From an uncultured Nitrospirales bacterium (GTDB taxonomy: Bacteria; Hydrogenedentota; Hydrogenedentia; Hydrogenedentales; CAILVY01), in assembly GCA_964474205.1 (NCBI GenBank), contig CAYYRW010000005.1, positions 154,161 through 218,160 of the forward strand: 64,000 bases of DNA. Direction: 5' to 3'. Both the position numbers and the translations under genes were made by a program. Below the pieces are notes generated by a model, which searched no databases, was not told where the DNA came from, and saw only the letters and a list, made by a program, of their open reading frames with translations. Positions 37,263-47,289 of this stretch are shown here, one piece after another. How positions within the stretch are numbered: the stretch's first letter is position 1; every line of letters begins with the position of its first letter.

Positions 37263-38516
37263 ATGAATCACGCGGACAACGACAGGAACGAATTTTACAA
37301 GAACGCACGGTACGATTTGCCGGGGCCCCTGGTGGGCGTGCGGGTAGTGGAAGTAACCACCACGTGGGCGGGACCGCGGTGCGGATGCATTTTGGCCGAT
37401 TATGGCGCGGATGTCGTGCGCGTGGAATTGGCGCAGGTGCCGGATGTAACCCGGAGACTGCCGCCGTATTTGCCGGGTACGAATCCGCCCGACGGGTTTC
37501 TGCATGCTTCCGCCAACAAAAACAAACGCAGTATCGCATTGGACATCCGAAAACCCGAAGGCCGCGAGGTGTTTATGCGGATGCTTCCGAATTTTGACGT
37601 GGTACTCGAGAATTTCAAAAAAGGCACCATGGCCTCCTGGGGATGTTCCTATGAAGACTGCTGCAACGTCGTTCCCAACATCATTTATATCTCCATCACC
37701 GGATTTGGACAATACGGCCCCTATTCTGAACGCCCCGGTTATGACCCCGCCGCCCAAGCCTATTCTGGCTTCATGTGGCTGAACCGTGAAAACGAGGAGC
37801 AAATCCCCATGCGCGCGCCCACGTTTCTCGCGGATGAACTGGCGGGATTGCATGGCGCCTTGAGCGCCGTGGCCTCCATCCGCCATCGTGAACGCACCGG
37901 GGAAGGACAACACATTGATGTTTCCCTGCTGGATGCCGCCATGGATTCCAGCACGGGCCTGCTCGTGCAAGCCGCCGCGGGCATTGAGCCGGCCATTGTT
38001 GGCAATCCCATGACCTTCGCCGCGCCCACGAACATCTTCAAATGCAAGGATGGTTTTGTATACGCCGGGGTTTTGTTGGACACCCACTGGAAAGTCATGG
38101 CCAAAATGATTGGCCGTCCCGAACTCGCCGACGACCCCCGTTATTCCAGTTTCTTTGGACGCATTCTCCAGCGCGCGGACGTTGATGCGATTCTCGGAGA
38201 ATGGTGCGCCCGGCACACCCGTGAGGAAGTTGTGAATATCTGCCAGGAGCATCAACTCGCCGTGGCGCCCGTGTGCTCCGCCATGGAAGCGGTCAACGAT
38301 CCGCACGTGCAAATACGCGAGGCGTTTTCGCCGGTTAAAACAACCGAAGGCGAGGACTTGTTTTTGAACAGCCCGGCGCCCAAAATGTCCCGCACCCCCT
38401 TAAAAAACCGCACCACCGCCCCCGCGCTCGGCCAACACACCGACGAACTTCTCGAAGCCGCCGGGATCAGCGAAGCGGAGCGTCTGCAACTGCGGGAAAA
38501 GGGGATTATTCAATAG
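37263..38516 (+). CDS. Family III CoA-transferase (CaiB/BaiF)
   Basis: PLVGVRVVE, GPRCG.ILADYGADV, NKNKRSIALD, ENFKKG, GFGQYGPY..RPGYD. Confidence 0.9.
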   Translation: MNHADNDRNEFYKNARYDLPGPLVGVRVVEVTTTWAGPRCGCILADYGADVVRVELAQVPDVTRRLPPYLPGTNPPDGFLHASANKNKRSIALDIRKPEGREVFMRMLPNFDVVLENFKKGTMASWGCSYEDCCNVVPNIIYISITGFGQYGPYSERPGYDPAAQAYSGFMWLNRENEEQIPMRAPTFLADELAGLHGALSAVASIRHRERTGEGQHIDVSLLDAAMDSSTGLLVQAAAGIEPAIVGNPMTFAAPTNIFKCKDGFVYAGVLLDTHWKVMAKMIGRPELADDPRYSSFFGRILQRADVDAILGEWCARHTREEVVNICQEHQLAVAPVCSAMEAVNDPHVQIREAFSPVKTTEGEDLFLNSPAPKMSRTPLKNRTTAPALGQHTDELLEAAGISEAERLQLREKGIIQ

Positions 38517-38523
38517 GTACGGC

Positions 38524-39213
38524 ATGCCTGCGGAAAGCAACGGTTTGACGCGTATGCGAATGCGGAAAGCACCGCATTATGGGCGAAGGGCGGCCTTCGC
38601 GCTTGCCCTGTTGTGCATTGCCGGGTGCGGCACCCTGCCGGATAATGGAACGGCCAGGCTCGTGGAAGTGAATTCCATTATCCCGGATATCCTGCTCGAT
38701 ATTCGCTACGCCACCCCGGACAATTTCACCCGTCAAACTGTATATCCCTGTGCACGCTGCTTTTTACTCGAAGAGGCGGCCTTTGCCCTGAAAGAAGTCC
38801 AAGGAGAACTCCGCCCCATGGGATACCGCCTTAAAATTTTCGACGGATACCGCCCCCTGTCCGTCCAACGCCGTTTCTGGGCCATTCTGCCGGATCCACG
38901 CTATGTGGCCGACCCCGCCGTCGGCTCCCGGCACAACCGTGGTTGCGCGGTGGACCTCACCCTCGTGGATTTAAATGGAAAAGATGTCCCCATGCCCACG
39001 GAATTCGACGACTTCACTGAAAAAGCCCATCCCGCCTATGGGAACCTTCCCGAAGATGTCCGGCGCAACCGTTCCTTGCTGAAATCGGTCATGGAACGCC
39101 ATGGATTCACCCAATTCCCCACGGAATGGTGGCATTTCGATTATACGGGCTGGGAAAAACACCCCCTCCTGGATATCCCCCTTGAATCAATGCCCCGTTC
39201 AAGACAGAAATGA
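38524..39213 (+). CDS. ddpX: D-alanyl-D-alanine dipeptidase (M15D, VanX/DdpX-like) lipoprotein
   Basis: Lipobox IAGC; DIRYATPDNF, FDGYRP, SRHNRGCAVD, EWWHF. Confidence 0.88.
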   Translation: MPAESNGLTRMRMRKAPHYGRRAAFALALLCIAGCGTLPDNGTARLVEVNSIIPDILLDIRYATPDNFTRQTVYPCARCFLLEEAAFALKEVQGELRPMGYRLKIFDGYRPLSVQRRFWAILPDPRYVADPAVGSRHNRGCAVDLTLVDLNGKDVPMPTEFDDFTEKAHPAYGNLPEDVRRNRSLLKSVMERHGFTQFPTEWWHFDYTGWEKHPLLDIPLESMPRSRQK

Positions 39214-39222
39214 GAACGCCTT

Positions 39223-40980
39223 CTAGTGGCGGGCGTTGCCGAAGAGCAACCACGAACCCATGGTGTCAAGCACCGCGTCCGGGTTGGAAGCATAAACGCT
39301 GTCAAGACTCAGGATAAGTTCCAGTAATTGGCCGAGCCCGTCGGAGATGCCGTTGTACAGGGTCTCCAGGGCCTGAAGATTTTCAGAATCCTGCAAGATG
39401 GTGTAGATCGCTTCGAGGGCATCCAGCGCCTGATGCTGGGCGTCATACCCCGCCAACTGTTCATCCGCATAGGCGGCGCTGGTGACCAGTTGCGAGCCCA
39501 AGCGCTGCACGCCCTGATAGATTTGCTGCGCCGTGTCATAATCGCCCGCCGCTTCATATTTTTGCCCCTGCGCAATCAAATTCTGGCTCAGCTTGGTAAG
39601 GTCCGAGTATTCATAGCTCCCCGCCGAGGCGCCCGCCATGAACCGGGCGGTGTCCGCGTCCATGCCGCTTAATAAGTAGGCTGCTTCCCGGGCCCGCGCT
39701 GCTTCCTGCGCATACGAATCCAATTCCTGCAACCCGCACGCCTTCGTCAGCGCGTTGAGCGCGCCTTCCGGATCATCATTCGCGAAACGCAGCTTTGCTT
39801 CCATGAACAGCGGCATGCTGTTGTTGGGATCGTTCTCGCTCAACGCATTCAGATGCGCGAGGCTTTCCGCAACACTGTTGGGAGTATCCGCCAATGCTTT
39901 CGACAGCGCCAGCTTCAAATACGGATCCTCCGGATGCTCTTTGGCCGCATTGCGCAATATGTCCGCCGCTTCCTCCGCGGGCAAATACTGGCATAGGGCC
40001 GCCACCGCATCCGGTGAAATCCCCGGCTCCCGCAACAACTGCCGCGCTTCCTCCGGCGTCAAACTGCCCCATTGATCAAAACGGGCCCGCGCGTCCTTCC
40101 GGCCCAGCAACGCTTCGCGCCGTGCGTTAATGGCGTCCTGTAGGGAAATCCCTTTGGTCAAGCGTTCCGCTCTGACGGTGTCCACCTCCTCTTTTTTCGG
40201 TTCCCGTTCCCGCATCCGGCGGATGTCATCGCTGAATTTCTTCCGCTTGGCGATGGTGGCCGGATTCTGCGTATGCTTGAAACTCCCCGCGGGGGATGTC
40301 TTTCGGGCCGTTTGGGAGGAATCTCCCCCCATCCCTGTCTTTTGGTTCACATAAAGGTTCAGGGCAAACACCGCCCCAATTACCAAGCAAGCCGCCGCCG
40401 CCAGCAGAGCCCAACTCCAGCGGAAACGGGGTTGTGCCGCCGGCGCCTGTACGCGCGGGCGTGCCCGGAAGGGAACTACTTTCGGCGCCGGGGACTGAAC
40501 CGCCTGAATACGCCGCAGGATATCGTCCGTCAAATCCACCTGTGGCAGTTTCGCAAATTCCTCGGCGCCCATGGCCTCGCATTCCGCGTGAAGCGCCGAA
40601 AGCGCCGTTACTTCCGCCTGTAGGAGGGGAGAGGCGCTCAAGTGCTTTTCATAGTCTTCCCTGGCTTGCGGCGGCAGCTCCCCCTCGATATAGGCCATCA
40701 GTTCAACGGAATCCGCGAATTCCAGCGGCGCCAAAACACGGCGTCCGGATTTCACTTCATCAAGTCCCCGCATCACCGCGTCAACCAAATCCACCACCGG
40801 CGCGTTCTGGTGCTGAAGTGCACACAGGGATTCAACATCGTGGTGGAGTGTTTGAATTTCATTTAAGGCGGCGCGGCAAACGGCACACTGCTCCGCATGC
40901 TTTAGCACCTCGGGGGGGAGTGTTTCCTCCGCCGAGCCGTACAAGGCTTCTTGATACTGTCTACACCACTTTGTATTCAC
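39223..40980 (-). CDS. Anti-sigma factor: tandem ZAS-like domains, TM helix, periplasmic TPR-like region
   Basis: HAEQCAVC (HxxxCxxC), second degenerate copy, TM WSWALLAAAACLVIGAVF; GTG start overlaps the ECF sigma stop. Confidence 0.7.
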   Translation of the reverse strand: MNTKWCRQYQEALYGSAEETLPPEVLKHAEQCAVCRAALNEIQTLHHDVESLCALQHQNAPVVDLVDAVMRGLDEVKSGRRVLAPLEFADSVELMAYIEGELPPQAREDYEKHLSASPLLQAEVTALSALHAECEAMGAEEFAKLPQVDLTDDILRRIQAVQSPAPKVVPFRARPRVQAPAAQPRFRWSWALLAAAACLVIGAVFALNLYVNQKTGMGGDSSQTARKTSPAGSFKHTQNPATIAKRKKFSDDIRRMREREPKKEEVDTVRAERLTKGISLQDAINARREALLGRKDARARFDQWGSLTPEEARQLLREPGISPDAVAALCQYLPAEEAADILRNAAKEHPEDPYLKLALSKALADTPNSVAESLAHLNALSENDPNNSMPLFMEAKLRFANDDPEGALNALTKACGLQELDSYAQEAARAREAAYLLSGMDADTARFMAGASAGSYEYSDLTKLSQNLIAQGQKYEAAGDYDTAQQIYQGVQRLGSQLVTSAAYADEQLAGYDAQHQALDALEAIYTILQDSENLQALETLYNGISDGLGQLLELILSLDSVYASNPDAVLDTMGSWLLFGNARH

Positions 40981-41657
40981 ACTTGCTCTTTCAAATGCAC
41001 ACAAGATTCATGCAACTGTTTTAATATCCGGTGGAGCCTGGTCCGTATGGCGCCCTCCGTACTGTCCATCGTTTCCGCAATTTCACGGGCCGACAGCCGC
41101 TGAAAGTACCGAAGATGCACTATCTCCCGCGCTTCCGCGGGGAGCGTGCCCAACATCGTTAGCAGCATCCTGCGCCGTTCTTCCGCCATCAGAAGGTCCG
41201 AAGGACCGTCCACGGCGATGGCATGGACTTCACCGGATTCTTCCCGCGCGGCGCTGGCGTATTCCTCCAGCGTCTCCATCTGCACCGTCTTCTTGCGCTT
41301 GATTTCATTCAGGCAGAGGTTCCGCGCGATACATAACATCCATGGCTTAAACTTTCGTTCCACATCAAACCGGTCCCGCGCCGCATATACCCGGAGAAAC
41401 GTTTCCTGGGCCGTTTCCTTCGCCACTTCCACGTTCTTCAAGTAGTGCAGGCAGAAGCGAAACACATCGTTCTGATAGCGCCTGACCAGCTCGGCCAGGG
41501 CATTGTCCTGACCGCCGCTCAGCATCGCCATCAGCCCTTCGTCGGTCTGTTCGTGGGCCGGGCTCCTGGGCATCCCCAGGACCGCCGCCGCATTACCGGC
41601 GCGCATTTCGCTGTCCTTGTCTGCTGTTGGATTCTGCATACTATACAATCCATCCAT
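40977..41657 (-). CDS. ECF RNA polymerase sigma factor
   Basis: Region 2 (LVRRYQ, AQETFLRVY, FKPWMLCIARN) and region 4 (LRYFQRLSAREIAE..GAIRTRLHR). Confidence 0.92.
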   Translation of the reverse strand: MDGLYSMQNPTADKDSEMRAGNAAAVLGMPRSPAHEQTDEGLMAMLSGGQDNALAELVRRYQNDVFRFCLHYLKNVEVAKETAQETFLRVYAARDRFDVERKFKPWMLCIARNLCLNEIKRKKTVQMETLEEYASAAREESGEVHAIAVDGPSDLLMAEERRRMLLTMLGTLPAEAREIVHLRYFQRLSAREIAETMDSTEGAIRTRLHRILKQLHESCVHLKEQV

Positions 41658-41804
41658 TCAAACATCACATTGTTTTGGAAATTTGTGATTTTGACTTCGG
41701 AATCTGCGTAAGATACTGAAATTAAATAACTTAGGGTAATTGTAAAAACAAACCGTAGTATCAGGAGTCAAAATCGCTTCAAGCACATGTTCGTATGCGT
41801 AGGC

Positions 41805-41833
41805 ATTATCAACAGGAAAAGAACCGCTGTCAA
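41805..41833 (-). promoter_or_regulatory. Sigma-70 promoter for the ECF/anti-sigma operon
   Basis: Minus strand TTGACA (41833-41828), N17, GATAAT (41810-41805). Confidence 0.65.
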
Positions 41834-41966
41834 ATGACTTGCCGCTGATGCTCCACCCAATCCACATCATTCTCCGGGCGCGGATACCATTTCCGCCCCT
41901 CTACAATGGACTTCCACCTCATAACTTGTATACACTCTCCTCTGGTAAAATAATGGATGACCCGCG

Positions 41967-42941
41967 ATGGGGCAACGAATGACCCAAAAACATTCCACAA
42001 TAATAATCGCCCTCTTGTTTCTCCTGCCCAACTTTTTAGGCTTTGTCATCTTCATGCTGGGGCCCGTGCTATTCTCCCTCGGCGCCTCCTTCACCAACTG
42101 GAACCTGATGAATAGCTATCCTGTGGCCTGGGTGGGCCTGCAAAACTACGAAAAACTCTTTCATGACCAGGAATTTTGGGTCTACCTCATCAACACCTTT
42201 TATCTCATGCTCGGGATGCCCGTTTCCATCGCGGGGTCCTTGTTCTTGGCCATTCTGCTCGCCCAAAAACTCCGGGGGGTGGTTGTTTACCGCACTTTAT
42301 TCTACCTCCCCAGTTTCACCGCCGGCGTGGCCCTCCTGATCCTCTGGAAAGCCCTGTACAATCCCTCCTTTGGCCCCATCAACCTGGTGTTGGACTATCT
42401 TCTGGACCCGGTTCGCTATTTTTTCCCCATCGAACCCCCGCAATGGCTGGCCTCCACAAAAAATCTGTTGGGTCTTGCCGTGGACAAGGCGGCCCTCCTC
42501 CCGGCGCAATTTGGCGTGGGCGCCCGCGATGCCATCATTATCATGGGCATCTGGACCGCGGTGGGAGGGGGAAACATGCTCCTGTACCTCGCGGGCATCT
42601 CCAATATCCCCCCGGAATTGTATGAAGCGGCGGAAATTGACGGGGCGGGAGTCTGGGCCAAATTCCGGCATATCACCTGGCCCCAACTCGCGCCCACGAC
42701 CTTTTTCATCGTCATCATGAGCGTCATTGGCGGAATCCAGGGCGGCTTCGAGCAGGCCCGGGTATTAACCCTCGGCGGGCCCGCAGGCACCACCACCACC
42801 TTGTCCTACTACATTTACATAAAAGCCTTTGAACAGTTCCAAATCGGCTACGCCTCGGCGGTAGCCTGGTTCCTCTTTGCGATTGTGTTCGCCATTACCC
42901 TTGTGAACTGGCGCTTTGGCGGACGTTATGTAAATTACTGA
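41967..42941 (+). CDS. Carbohydrate ABC transporter permease (MalF-like)
   Basis: WVGLQNY, YRTLFYLPS, LYEAAEIDGAG.W.KFRHITWPQL. Confidence 0.92.
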   Translation: MGQRMTQKHSTIIIALLFLLPNFLGFVIFMLGPVLFSLGASFTNWNLMNSYPVAWVGLQNYEKLFHDQEFWVYLINTFYLMLGMPVSIAGSLFLAILLAQKLRGVVVYRTLFYLPSFTAGVALLILWKALYNPSFGPINLVLDYLLDPVRYFFPIEPPQWLASTKNLLGLAVDKAALLPAQFGVGARDAIIIMGIWTAVGGGNMLLYLAGISNIPPELYEAAEIDGAGVWAKFRHITWPQLAPTTFFIVIMSVIGGIQGGFEQARVLTLGGPAGTTTTLSYYIYIKAFEQFQIGYASAVAWFLFAIVFAITLVNWRFGGRYVNY

Positions 42942-42958
42942 ACGGCGGGAAAGCGTGC

Positions 42959-43828
42959 ATGTCAATAAGAATGGAGACGGTAAAAGAGCGGGGACTCACC
43001 CGGTGGTGGTTCCGGTACGGACGGTTTCTCAGTTCCCACCTCGTTCTCCTGTTCTTCGCCCTCACCACCCTGCTTCCTTTTCTCTGGATGGTCCTGACCA
43101 GTTTCAAACCCCTGAACGAAATCCACGCCCTGAATCCCATCCCGCACCACTGGAAATTCACCAACTATAATGAAGTACTGACCAACAAGGACATCTCCTT
43201 CGCCCGGTATTATTTCAACAGCCTCTTTGTCGCCGCATGGGTGACCTTCCTCTCCTGCCTCACCAGCGCCTTCGCCGCCTATGCCTTCTCCCGCCTCCGG
43301 TGGCCCGGGCGCGATCATGTCTTCAAGCTCTATCTTGCCACGCTCATGATCCCTGGCGTTGTCACCATGATCCCCAACTACACCATCATGGTCAAACTCC
43401 ATCTCCTCGATTCCTACCTTGGCCTCATCGTGCCCGTGTCCTTCACCGCCTTCGGCACCTTCATGCTCCGCCAATTCATGCTCACCATCCCGCCGTCGCT
43501 CGATGAAGCGGCCACCATTGACGGAGCCTCCCACTGGCAACTTTTCTGGGATATCATTCTGCCCCTCACGCGCCCCGGACTCATTGTCCTCGCCATCTTC
43601 ACCTTTCTTGGAAACTACGGGAGCTTCTTCTGGCCCCTCGTTATCATCAAAAGCGAACACCTCCGCACCCTCCCCGTTGGCATGGTCTATTTCGACTCCG
43701 TCTACGGCCGCCAAACCAACCTCATCATGGCCGCCTCCGTCATGAACATCGTCCCCCTCATTATCCTTTTCATCGTTCTTCAGAAATATTTGGTCCGGGG
43801 TATCCAGCTTGGCGCCGTCAAAGGATAA
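42959..43828 (+). CDS. Carbohydrate ABC transporter permease (MalG-like)
   Basis: PFLWMVLTSFK, YYFNSL, AYAFSRL, LDEAATIDGA, RTLPVG. Confidence 0.92.
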   Translation: MSIRMETVKERGLTRWWFRYGRFLSSHLVLLFFALTTLLPFLWMVLTSFKPLNEIHALNPIPHHWKFTNYNEVLTNKDISFARYYFNSLFVAAWVTFLSCLTSAFAAYAFSRLRWPGRDHVFKLYLATLMIPGVVTMIPNYTIMVKLHLLDSYLGLIVPVSFTAFGTFMLRQFMLTIPPSLDEAATIDGASHWQLFWDIILPLTRPGLIVLAIFTFLGNYGSFFWPLVIIKSEHLRTLPVGMVYFDSVYGRQTNLIMAASVMNIVPLIILFIVLQKYLVRGIQLGAVKG

Positions 43829-43842
43829 CCTATACTGCCGCC

Positions 43843-45114
43843 TTAGCTTTTCCGGCGCAATTCCACATGAGGATGCTTGTCGTAGAGGATATCCACGATT
43901 TCACCGTCGCGAAGAATTGACATACGCGCTGCTTCCATCACCAGTTCATTCGTGCTCGAATTGGCCGGCGTCGCGATGATGCCCCGTTTGTCCACCTCGG
44001 CGATCAGTTCCCGCCGCCGTTGCAACGCCTCCGTTTCCGTCATGCCCGCCACTTCCTGTTCAATCCGGTGGATGGTGCGAAGCGTTGCCGCGACGGATTC
44101 AAAACCATACCCCGCCGGTTTGCAGCCCGGCCCTTCCCAAGGCACCAGCCGGAAGAAGTCCGGACTCACAAAATTGAAATACGATCCAGCGCAACCGATG
44201 CCTTCAAGATAGGAATGGCTGACGCCCCGGAACTGGTCATCATGCTTAATCAGGCCCGTTTTTCCCTTGCCTTCGCAGAACATGCTCAGGCATTGCTCAT
44301 TGCTTCCCGCGCCATCGTCCGGATACCCCAACCCATCGGTCACCGACAGGATGGCGCCGTTTTCAAACGTCACCCGGCCATTCGCCCACATATACCCTTC
44401 GTTTCCATTCGGAAACTTACCCTTAATGCCCACTACCGACACCGAAACCGGCCTCAGCCCCGTAATGAAATATACCAAGTCCACATAGTGACACCCCACG
44501 TACGTGAAGGGATCCGATTGATCGCACGTAAACCAGTTTTGGAAATTGGAGTGGCGGTAATAATAGGGCTCGATCATTTTCGCCTCACCCATGACAAACT
44601 CGCCAAAATGACCCAGGGCGTACTGCCGTTTGGCCATCAGCGCGCGCGTATCAAAACGCTTATGATATTCCACCCCGACGAACAAGCCCTTTTCCCGGGC
44701 AAGTTCTTCAATTTCCACTGCGTCGTCATAACGCTGCACCAGCGGCTTCACACACAACACATGCTGGTTGTGCTTCAACGCTTCCATCACCACGGAATAG
44801 TGCAAATGGTCCGGCATGGCCACAATGATCGCCTGCCGAGGTTTCATCTTTGCCAAAACGTCCTTGAACAGTTCGGGGAAGTTGCGGTCCGCCGGTTCTT
44901 CCAGCGCGGGATACGGAGTGAACGCCTGCCCCGGAAACGCCTCCTGTAATTCCTTGTTCCCTTTCAACGCTTTGAGCGGCGGATTGTTCAGTGCGCACAC
45001 CGCGATGTTCCGCGCCATCCCGCGCTGCAAGTGATACACGGAAGGAAGAATCAGGTCATTTGTAATCATCCCCCCGCCCACAATGGTGACATCTATGCGC
45101 GTGTCCGTATCCAT
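43843..45114 (-). CDS. Gfo/Idh/MocA-family oxidoreductase
   Basis: IVGGGMI, AMPDHLH, HVLCVKPL, YHKRFD, GCHYVD. Confidence 0.85.
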   Translation of the reverse strand: MDTDTRIDVTIVGGGMITNDLILPSVYHLQRGMARNIAVCALNNPPLKALKGNKELQEAFPGQAFTPYPALEEPADRNFPELFKDVLAKMKPRQAIIVAMPDHLHYSVVMEALKHNQHVLCVKPLVQRYDDAVEIEELAREKGLFVGVEYHKRFDTRALMAKRQYALGHFGEFVMGEAKMIEPYYYRHSNFQNWFTCDQSDPFTYVGCHYVDLVYFITGLRPVSVSVVGIKGKFPNGNEGYMWANGRVTFENGAILSVTDGLGYPDDGAGSNEQCLSMFCEGKGKTGLIKHDDQFRGVSHSYLEGIGCAGSYFNFVSPDFFRLVPWEGPGCKPAGYGFESVAATLRTIHRIEQEVAGMTETEALQRRRELIAEVDKRGIIATPANSSTNELVMEAARMSILRDGEIVDILYDKHPHVELRRKS

Positions 45115-45117
45115 GCA

Positions 45118-46134
45118 TTACTTTCCTTGTGAGGGTGCCGTCTCGCCGCTGCCCGGCGCGGCCTCCAGTACTTCCACATTCAACACCTTGCGCGCATCCT
45201 CCACCAATTGCTGGAGCAGCAAATGCTTTTTCGCGGCAAAAAGGGCGTTTTTCAGACGATCCTGCATTTTTTCATAGGGGACTTCGCCGGGATCATTGCG
45301 CGCCTCGACCAACATGATATGCCATCCCAGCCGCGATTGGAACGGGTCGGAAACCTGTCCCACAGGCAGTTGAAACATGCGCTCCGCCACTTCCGGAAGC
45401 ATTTTGCCGGCCGTGGCCTCGTAATATACTCCCCCGAGCGGCGCCGAAAGGGGATCCTCGGATTGTTGGCGCGCCACATCCTCGAATTTCGCCCCCGCCA
45501 AAATCTTGGCCCGGAGTTCCTCCACCCGCTTCTTCGCCGCCTCCATGCCCGCCGTGTCATTGGGTTTGGACCGAATCAGAATATGCGCGATATCCGCCGT
45601 GGGCGTTTCCCGCTTGGTGCGGCCTTCTTTCCGCCACAGGGCGTATTCCGCCTTCAGTTCCTCCTCCGTCACTTCGATCCCCTTCGTTTTTTCGGCCACC
45701 CACCGCTCGGTCATCAAGCGGTGGCGTATTTCCTGCTTCAACGCCTCCTCCGTCATCCCCTCATGTTTCAAATAGGCCTGAAAGTTTTCCTCCGTGCCTA
45801 AGGCCGCCTTGCCCTCCGCATACTCTTTCTCGATTTCTTCGTTGGATACGGCCATGCCGGCATTTCCCGCCAGCACGCGTATCACGCGCCCATTGATGAG
45901 GTCATCCAGTGTGGCCCGGCGGAACGCGCCATCCACGGTGGCCGGACGTCCCGTTTCCAATTCCACGCGCCGCACCCGGTACTCCAAGTCCCGTTGAAAT
46001 TCCTGTCCCGTGATGATCTCATCGCCAATCTTCGCGACCACCGCCGGCACTTCGGAAGCGGGGGGGGAGGGGGCTTCCTGCGAAAATGCCACGCCACACC
46101 CCAATATGAATCCCATCACACAAATAATCCGCAT
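45118..46134 (-). CDS. SurA/PrsA-like parvulin peptidyl-prolyl isomerase
   Basis: Signal peptide, VVAKIGDEIIT, AHILI, FEDVARQQSED..SAPLGG, PFQSRLGWHI. Confidence 0.88.
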   Translation of the reverse strand: MRIICVMGFILGCGVAFSQEAPSPPASEVPAVVAKIGDEIITGQEFQRDLEYRVRRVELETGRPATVDGAFRRATLDDLINGRVIRVLAGNAGMAVSNEEIEKEYAEGKAALGTEENFQAYLKHEGMTEEALKQEIRHRLMTERWVAEKTKGIEVTEEELKAEYALWRKEGRTKRETPTADIAHILIRSKPNDTAGMEAAKKRVEELRAKILAGAKFEDVARQQSEDPLSAPLGGVYYEATAGKMLPEVAERMFQLPVGQVSDPFQSRLGWHIMLVEARNDPGEVPYEKMQDRLKNALFAAKKHLLLQQLVEDARKVLNVEVLEAAPGSGETAPSQGK

Positions 46135-46169
46135 TATCACTCCTGACCTGCACATGGTTCCTCGTTCCG

Positions 46170-47219
46170 CTATTTCAACGTCACGGTCTTGCCGAGTTTC
46201 GCGGAACGGTAAATGGTTTCAATCAATTCCACCGCATGCCGCCCCTCGCGGCCGTCCACGCGCGGCTTTCGGCCCTGTTGAATGGCGCGAACAAAATCCT
46301 CGATCTGGCGCCGGTGCCCTTCGGTCTTCAACGCCGACAACGGGTCCCCCGCGCCCGAACCCAGCGCGGATTCCCGGCCCATCATGGCCTCGATTTTTCC
46401 ATCAATGGCTTTGCGCTTCGCAAACTTCCACAACACAATCTCGCCGTCTTGCAACGCCGCACTGCCTTCCGTCCCATAAATCTCCACCCGCGCCGAATGC
46501 CCCGGCCAGGCCGCCGTGGTGCCCTCGATAACGCCCATGGCCCCATTTTTGAACACCAGCATCGCCGTGGATAGGTCTTCCACCTCCAATCCCGGATGGC
46601 CGACACACGCCGTTTGCGCGGTCACCCGCTTCACCGGCCCCATGAAATACAGCAGCAAATCAATCGAATGAATTCCCTGGTTCATCAACGCCCCGCCGCC
46701 ATCGAACTTCTTGGTGCCCCGCCACTTCACGTTCGCATAGTATTCCTGCGTGCGGTACCACTTGATATACGCGTCGCCCAGCACCAGTTTCCCAAAACGC
46801 CCCTGCTGAACCGCCTTGAGAATATGCTGCGTCCCTTCCGCGAACCGGCTCTGGAAAACACACCCCAGCAACACCTTCGCCTTGTCCGCCGCGCGAATGA
46901 TCCGGTCAATGCGCTCCGTGTTAATCTCCAGGGGTTTTTCCGAAAGAATGTGCTTCCCCGCCGCCGCGCACGCCTCCGCGATGTCCACCCGAAGGCCGCT
47001 GGGCACGCAGATTGACACCGCTTGAATATCCTTGCGCTTCAGCATCGCCCGGTAATCGGTATACGCCTCCGCGCCGTATTGTCCCGCCAGCGCTTGCGCA
47101 CGCGCTTCATCTATATCGGAAACCGCCAGCAGTTTCGCGCTCCGGATTTGGCTGATTGCCGCCGCATGCACCGGTCCGATGTTTCCGCATCCCACAATGG
47201 CCATTCCAACTTTCGACAT
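46170..47219 (-). CDS. Gfo/Idh/MocA-family oxidoreductase (WbpB-like candidate)
   Basis: AIVGCGNIG, CVPSGL, HILSEKP, GGGALMNQGIHSID; follows a DegT aminotransferase. Confidence 0.85.
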   Translation of the reverse strand: MSKVGMAIVGCGNIGPVHAAAISQIRSAKLLAVSDIDEARAQALAGQYGAEAYTDYRAMLKRKDIQAVSICVPSGLRVDIAEACAAAGKHILSEKPLEINTERIDRIIRAADKAKVLLGCVFQSRFAEGTQHILKAVQQGRFGKLVLGDAYIKWYRTQEYYANVKWRGTKKFDGGGALMNQGIHSIDLLLYFMGPVKRVTAQTACVGHPGLEVEDLSTAMLVFKNGAMGVIEGTTAAWPGHSARVEIYGTEGSAALQDGEIVLWKFAKRKAIDGKIEAMMGRESALGSGAGDPLSALKTEGHRRQIEDFVRAIQQGRKPRVDGREGRHAVELIETIYRSAKLGKTVTLK

Positions 47220-47289
47220 GGGTACTTCCTCCTTCCATACAACAACGCGTATTATACATGCGCGCACGAAATGTATACAGCAACTTGCC

